Below the pieces are notes generated by a model. The model was not told the origin of the DNA and ran no database searches. It saw only the letters and a list, made by a program, of their open reading frames with translations. The translations under genes were made by a program, and so were the position numbers. A stretch of DNA of 63,194 nucleotides, the filler included, from Octopus bimaculoides (Eukaryota), in the NCBI RefSeq assembly GCF_001194135.2. It is 5 parts of 5 records of this genome, joined end to end, with 100 filler letters (N's around TTAATTAATTAA, not from the genome) between each part and the next. Parts side by side here need not be neighbours in the genome. Positions count along the whole stretch, not along the records: positions 55,545 to 60,630 come from NW_026364685.1; positions 60,731 to 63,194 come from NC_069005.1; 3 more parts are not named here. One strand, 5' to 3'. How positions within the stretch are numbered: position 1 is the first letter of the stretch; every line of letters begins with the position of its first letter. Shown in pieces: positions 56,241-63,194 of this stretch.

Positions 56241-57790
56241 TTTCCCTGATGAGAAGGTTACAATTTTAATATCAAAGATCCCTATGGATCACACAGGTTG
56301 TAATCCTTTGAAACATATGTAGGAATAAAGTATGCAATTATAACATGCGTTTTCTCCAATCCTTAAATTCTTATATATATATNNNNNNNNNNNNNNNNNN
56401 NNNNNNNNNNNNNNNNNNNNNNNNNNNNNNNNNNNNNNNNNNNNNNNNNNNNNNNNNNNNNNNNNNNNNNNNNNNNNNNNNNNNNNNNNNNNNNNNNNNN
56501 NNNNNNNNNNNNNNNNNNNNNNNNNNNNNNNNNNNNNNNNNNNNNNNNNNNNNNNNNNNNNNNNNNNNNNNNNNNNNNNNNNNNNNNNNNNNNNNNNNNN
56601 NNNNNNNNNNNNNNNNNNNNNNNNNNNNNNNNNNNNNNNNNNNNNNNNNNNNNNNNNNNNNNNNNNNNNNNNNNNNNNNNNNNNNNNNNNNNNNNNNNNN
56701 NNNNNNNNNNNNNNNNNNNNNNNNNNNNNNNNNNNNNNNNNNNNNNNNNNNNNNNNNNNNNNNNNNNNNNNNNNNNNNNNNNNNNNNNNNNNNNNNNNNN
56801 NNNNNNNNNNNNNNNNNNNNNNNNNNNNNNNNNNNNNNNNATTATAATTTTAAATAATTATATATATATATATATATATATATACATACACACATGCACA
56901 CATACATATATACATGTAAATAATATATAATAAACTTTTCCATTCGCGAACTTTTCACTAATACATGTGCTCCTTGTTCCTACACCTGTCTTTGTCTTTT
57001 ATTTTCTGTAAATTTGAACTATGTATCTGTGTGTGTGATTGGATGGATGGATGGACGGATAGATGGATGGATGGATGGAAGGACGGACAGACGGATGCAG
57101 AGACAGACAGTTAGACAGTCTCTCTACAGAAGGAGAGTGTTACTTTTCACTCCCCTCCTCTCTTGTTAAATAGGATCATATTCGGAATAGGCAGAGTGAA
57201 TGCACAAGGAAGTAGGAGCACCTGCATAAGGTACTCAGTGTAATTAAGGGATACAGGAGACTGGACAGGGTGTGTGGATAGAGAGAAGAGAGAGGGGTGA
57301 TCCCTAAGAGGGTGAGCGGAGATGGATTGGTTTATGGAGAGTGTAACAAGTGAGGTGGGAGAGATATAGGAGTGTCTCAGGGGTCCATGGTACGTCTGTG
57401 AGAGCACTGAGAATGAATGTGAGGAGGCATATGAGGGAGAGTGGAGGGGCATGCAGCAGGAGGAGAGGAAAGTGTTGAGAATGGGGTGGAGGAACAGATT
57501 GTATTAGGGGAAGGCATTGGCGTAAAGGGTGTGACTGTATGTACGGGTGGGTGTACATATAAATATATAGATAGATACACACATATATATACAAGCACAG
57601 ATTAATTTATTTGCACATTAATACTGAAACTTGAGTCTAGGGGTAACTACAGAAATATTTTTATTTTTCATTCCCTTTGAAGTTACTTTTATTTGTGGTT
57701 TGGGCATTAACTGCCTTCTCTAGCATGTAAGGTGTCCTGTTAAAGGTTACCTCTTTTGTGTATAAATATGTACACTATTTTATATATATA

Positions 57791-57825
<35 letters not shown>

Positions 57826-59089
57826 NNNNNNNNNNNNNNNNNNNNNNNNNNNNNNNNNNNNNNNNNNNNNNNNNNNNNNNNNNNNNNNNNNNNNNNNNNN
57901 NNNNNNNNNNNNNNNNNNNNNNNNNNNNNNNNNNNNNNNNNNNNNNNNNNNNNNNNNNNNNNNNNNNNNNNNNNNNNNNNNNNNNNNNNNNNNNNNNNNN
58001 NNNNNNNNNNNNNNNNNNNNNNNNNNNNNNNNNNNNNNNNNNNNNNNNNNNNNNNNNNNNNNNNNNNNNNNNNNNNNNNNNNNNNNNNNNNNNNNNNNNN
58101 NNNNNNNNNNNNNNNNNNNNNNNNNNNNNNNNNNNNNNNNNNNNNNNNNNNNNNNNNNNNNNNNNNNNNNNNNNNNNNNNNNNNNNNNNNNNNNNNNNNN
58201 NNNNNNNNNNNNNNNNNNNNNNNNNNNNNNNNNNNNNNNNNNNNNNNNNNNNNNNNNNNNNNNNNNNNNNNNNNNNNNNNNNNNNNNNNNNNNNNNNNNN
58301 NNNNNNNNNNNNNNNNNNNNNNNNNNNNNNNNNNNNNNNNNNNNNNNNNNNNNNNNNNNNNNNNNNNNNNNNNNNNNNNNNNNNNNNNNNNNNNNNNNNN
58401 NNNNNNNNNNNNNNNNNNNNNNNNNNNNNNNNNNNNNNNNNNNNNNNNNNNNNNNNNNNNNNNNNNNNNNNNNNNNNNNNNNNNNNNNNNNNNNNNNNNN
58501 NNNNNNNNNNNNNNNNNNNNNNNNNNNNNNNNNNNNNNNNNNNNNNNNNNNNNNNNNNNNNNNNNNNNNNNNNNNNNNNNNNNNATATATATACGTACCT
58601 ATGTATATATTCTTACTACATATATCCACACATATACTTAATATGTACATACACACATATGTACAGTTACAGATGCATGCACATACTAACCCCTGCATAC
58701 AGACATACATAGACATGCTTACTGATCTACATACATGCATACAGACACACATTCATACATTTATATACACACATATATATACATTGATGAGAGGGATTAT
58801 ATATACATTGGTTTTTCTTAAGTTTTATTTTCTGCAACAAAGAATGTCTGTTGAAATAGAATATTTTTCAGTAGAAAACTGAGACATTTCACATGAAAAA
58901 ATCGTGAGGAATAATTTGTTATTATATACAGTAACATACAGAGATACACACACACACATATACAGTAAGATGCAAATATAAACACATCCATATACAGATA
59001 CATAGACACACATACATAGATATATATGTATATGGACAGTGTGTGTGTGTGGTGTATTTAAGGGCATTTGATTATCAGTATATTACTCT

Positions 59090-59270
59090 CTTCAAACCAA
59101 TTAAAGGGTTTCTTTCAGATCCCTTATGGCAGATAAAATGCTAACACAAGAAATGAAAAGAGATGCAGCCATTGTTGCCAAACGTGTGGAACTTAGGGAT
59201 TTAGAAAATATCGAACTTGAAAGATCTTTAGTACACAAAGCTCAGATCAAAACAGGAGAATTCTTGTGAT
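59090..59270 (+). mobile_element. Tc1/mariner-superfamily transposase N-terminal fragment
   Basis: MLTQEMKRDAAIVAKR...ERSLVHKA resembles the HTH start of DD37D-type transposases (recalled, not searched). Confidence 0.4.
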
Positions 59271-59449
59271 CTAACAGCCATACAGAGGTCTCGGTCATTG
59301 GCTCAATACATACATATATACATTCCTATAGCAATAGAATCTGAATAGAAGGAGATTTGGCTGTTATTTCTATCAGGGTTAGCTACTCTAAAGCATTCTC
59401 CTTCCTTGGTTTGTGCATACATTCAATGTCCAACGCATTAACGATGAAG

Positions 59450-60178
59450 TCCTTCTCTGCATAAATAATAGTCCTTTCTTCTAAAGGCACAAGGCCTGAC
59501 ATTTTGTAGGGAAGTGGATGGCTGACTATATCGGCCTCAGTACTCAAATGACCCTTAAAACATGAAAGGTAAAGTCGGCCTCGGTGGAATTTGAACTCAG
59601 CAAGTAAAGAACCAAAAGAAGTGCCACAAAGCATTTGGTCTGTGGTGGTAACCATTCTGCCAGCTGACCCCTTCTTCTTTTCCATTTTGTCACAATNNNN
59701 NNNNNNGCATTTGGTCTGTGGTGGTAACCATTCTGCCAGCTGACCCCTTCTTCTTTTCCATTTTGTCACAATGCCTGCAACTCTAGGGGAAGGGATCAGT
59801 CAATGACATCGACCCCAGTACTTTGCTGTTACTTCATGTTATTGGCCCACAAGGGGTGAAAGGGAAGATTGACATGGGCAGGATTTGATCTCTGGATGCA
59901 AAGAGTTGTGAGAAATGTTGCTCAGCATTTTGTCTGATGCACTTATAATTCTGCCAGTTCTACACTTTAATAATAATCCTTTCTACTATAGGAACAAGGC
60001 CTGAAATAAGGGGGCAGGGGGTCAGTCAATCAGATTGACCCCAATACTCAACTGGTACTTAATATATCAACCCGAAAAGGATGAAAGGAAAAGTTGACCT
60101 TGGCAGAATTTGAACTCAGAACGTAGTGGCAGACAATATACTGCTAAAAGCATGCTACCGATTCTGCCAGTTCACTGC

Positions 60179-60235
<57 letters not shown>

Positions 60236-60420
60236 CCTTTCTATTAGAGACACAAGGTCTGAAATTGATGGGGAGGGGACTAGTTGATTAAATCCACCCC
60301 AGTGTTTTACTGGTACTTAATTTATTAACCCTGAAAAGATGAAAGGCAAAGTCAACCTCGGAACGTAGCAATGAGTGAAATACCACTAAGCATTTTGCCC
60401 AGTACGCTAATGATTCTTAA
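59450..60420 (-). mobile_element. SINE family 1 stack, about 4 copies
   Basis: Repeated core separated by TAA runs. Confidence 0.85.
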
Positions 60421-60730
60421 TAATGATAATAATAATTATTATTATTATTATGAGCTTATTGTATATGATGTTAGGGTCACTACAACTCATCGGAAAAGGT
60501 ATGCCTGTGTGTGTGTGTGTATATGGGTGTGTTTGAAGGTACATGTTTATATGTATATGTATGAATGTACATGTGTGTGTGTGCATGTGTGTAGCTATAT
60601 ATGTATGTATACAAATTTAAATATTGAGGANNNNNNNNNNNNNNNNNNNNNNNNNNNNNNNNNNNNNNNNNNNNTTAATTAATTAANNNNNNNNNNNNNN
60701 NNNNNNNNNNNNNNNNNNNNNNNNNNNNNN

Positions 60731-60778
<48 letters not shown>

Positions 60779-60822
60779 TCTATAAACCACCCAAGGATAT
60801 GAATGTATTCCAGTTTGTATAC

Positions 60823-60861
<39 letters not shown>

Positions 60862-61296
60862 TGAATGTGTTTTTTGTTGCGGCTGCTGTTTAGTTTTCGT
60901 TCCACGTAGTGTACCTAAGCTTCCATTACCCAATGTGATGTGATTCGAGATGGATGTAGCTGCTCTTTGGAGCCAACCAAACCATCACGTAGAGGTTCTC
61001 TTTCGGGTGTGCGAGTGTGGAGAGTGTCGAGATTGGTCCCGTCAATAGGTTCTTTCTTCATCATGTACGTCTATATGTATATACGCATCTGTGCGTGTGT
61101 ATATGTCTATACGCATCTGTGCGTGTGTATATGTCTACGATATGTGTGTAAGTATTTCTATATTCGAAGGTATGTAGCTATGTGTGTTTACATGGTCGAT
61201 CAAATCGGTCATTGTTCTGTCCTCACAAGCTATCTACAACCACAAGCTAACTTCAACCTTTGGGTAGCCAGTCTCCAATTTTGCTTAGATATTATA

Positions 61297-61464
61297 GGCG
61301 CAGGAGTGACTGTGTGGTAAGTAGTTTGTTTACCAAGTACATGGCTCTGGGTTCAGTCCCACTGCGTGGCACCTTGGACAAGTGTCTTTTACTATAGCCT
61401 CGGGCCGACCAAAGCCTTGTGAGTGGATTGCGAAGCCTGTCGTATATATGTGTATATATATATT

Positions 61465-61503
<39 letters not shown>

Positions 61504-61700
61504 TTGTGTGTCTGTGTTTGTCCCTAACATCGCTTGACAACCGATGCTGGTGAGTTTACGTCCCCGTTCGGCAAAAGAGATCGATTGAATAAGTACTAGG
61601 CTTACAAAGAATAAGTCTCTGGGATTGATTTGCTTGACTAAAGACGGTGCTCCAGTATGGCTGCAATCAAGTAAATGACCGAAACAAGTAAAAGAGTAAA
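61297..61700 (+). mobile_element. CORE-type SINE family 2, near full length
   Basis: ggcgcaggagtgactgtgtggtaag head through the aaacaagtaaaagagtaaaagaa tail, with an internal (GT)n. Confidence 0.9.
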
Positions 61701-61962
61701 AGAATTAATTATCATTCCTATTATTCCACGACCTTTTTTTTTTTTATTCCTTATTTTTTGGCACCCCATACCGCTGCTTATTGAACTGTATCGCAAAATG
61801 CAGGGTATCATTTGTCAAGATCCACTTTTGGTCACTTCGATACACACGTTTATGCAAATTTCAGAGATTCCACAATAATCCAAATATAAAATAGATGGAT
61901 GCACATTATGCTCGCGCTTAATTTGTGCTTCTGTGGTTGATAGCATTTGCAGCAGAACATAT

Positions 61963-61967
61963 GTCTG

Positions 61968-62051
<84 letters not shown>

Positions 62052-62208
62052 CCTATCTATCTACCTATCTATCTACCTACCTATCTATCTATCTGTCTAT
62101 CTACCTATCTATCTACCTATTTATCTATCTACCTATCTATCTATCTATCTATCTATCTGTCTGTCTATCTATCTATCTGTCTGTCTATCTATCTACCTAT
62201 CTATTATC
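61963..62208. repeat. (TCTA)n tetranucleotide microsatellite
   Basis: Seen directly. Confidence 0.95.
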
Positions 62209-62255
62209 TGTGTGAGCTAGGGTGTACACTATATGTGGATTTGCAAACGAATGCA

Positions 62256-62302
<47 letters not shown>

Positions 62303-63194
62303 NNNNNNNNNNGAGAGATTCAAAGGAATTTCCAGTGGCTGGATAACTAAAGAGATATTGGAGTGGACCCCCCCCCACCCTGGCATCCGAAACTCGGAGT
62401 TTTATCATGGCTACTGAATAAGTGTCACATATTTTTACAGATAAATTCCTCTATTTGCATAATATCGAGGTCTCTTTCTTTCTTTTGTTGCCATTCCTGT
62501 CAAATATATATATTTGTACATTTATGTGTATCTGCGAGTGTACATAGGAGCAGGGTGTGTGCATTTGTGTAGAAAAAAAAAAAAAAAAGATATATCGAGG
62601 GAGAAAACAATAGAGAAATAGAGAATGAGTGTTTGTATTTATGCGTGTGTAATAGAAAGAGTAATACAGAGAGAAGAACAGAAAGCCAAAGAGAGAAGAG
62701 ATAAGCCTATAGACTACGTATACAAACCATTCTAGTGTATCTACACGCAAAATTGAAATTACTGTAGATTTCTACATAAAAACCTACTTCTACTACATAA
62801 CCATTTACACCAATTCTCTCGCTTGCAAGAATACATACAGAAACGAAAATTACTTTACATCTCTCTTACTCTCTTTATTTTTCTTTCTCCCTCTCACTCT
62901 CCCTGTTTCTCTCTCTCTCTCTCTCTATCTATCTCTCTTTCTGCTTCTCTCTCGGTCTGCGTATATGTGTGTGTATGCATGGATGTATGTATGTATACTA
63001 CACATATATTTATGTATGTGTATGAATATATGTATACTAGTATACATATCTATAGATAGATAGATAGATAGATAGATACAGGGTAAATATGAAAAAACTG
63101 ATTTTAATTTAAAAGTACAAGAAAGCCCTCCTGTGGCTAGAATAAAAAATGTAAACACCTTATTACAACCACAGTGAAGCTTTCTAAGATATAT

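Noticed and set aside
59631-59772. Perfect 66-bp direct repeat
   Set aside because: The copies flank a 10-N gap, the signature of an unmerged contig overlap rather than a biological duplication.
60940-61320. 126-aa plus-strand ORF
   Set aside because: The C-terminal half runs through TA/TG repeats and into a SINE head, with no domain or splice support.

Overview
AT-rich, microsatellite- and SINE-dense animal genomic DNA with many N gaps. The repeat landscape points to a cephalopod, most likely Octopus (inference from SINE/LINE types, not searched). The main content is a minus-strand class IA PI3K regulatory subunit gene (p85/PIK3R1-like). I reconstructed 17 coding exons by hand between 28465 and 3518, about 2.0 kb of CDS and about 668 visible aa. 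All have GT-AG boundaries and phases match at every junction except one. The visible architecture is [half C1]-SAM-C1-RhoGAP(BH)-Pro-rich-nSH2-iSH2-cSH2, plus a C-terminal tail carrying its own YxxM motif. The model is incomplete in four places: the 5' exons were not found; central RhoGAP exon(s) are missing (probably gap 17114-17932); one iSH2 exon is missing (probably gap 8331-8927); and one nSH2 exon is split by a 74-N gap that probably hides only 3 nt. Introns and the upstream 35 kb hold tRNA-derived SINE stacks, RTE and CR1/L2-like LINE fragments, and four RLE-type (Dong/R4- and Hero-like) retrotransposon pieces that all abut (TAA)n tracts. They also hold mariner, pogo, hAT and piggyBac-type elements, Helitron and Penelope fragments, foldback elements and two degenerate minisatellites. 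Four 44N-TTAATTAATTAA-44N blocks are artificial scaffold linkers. Family assignments come from recognised motifs, not database searches, and repeat boundaries are approximate unless TIR/TSD coordinates are given.
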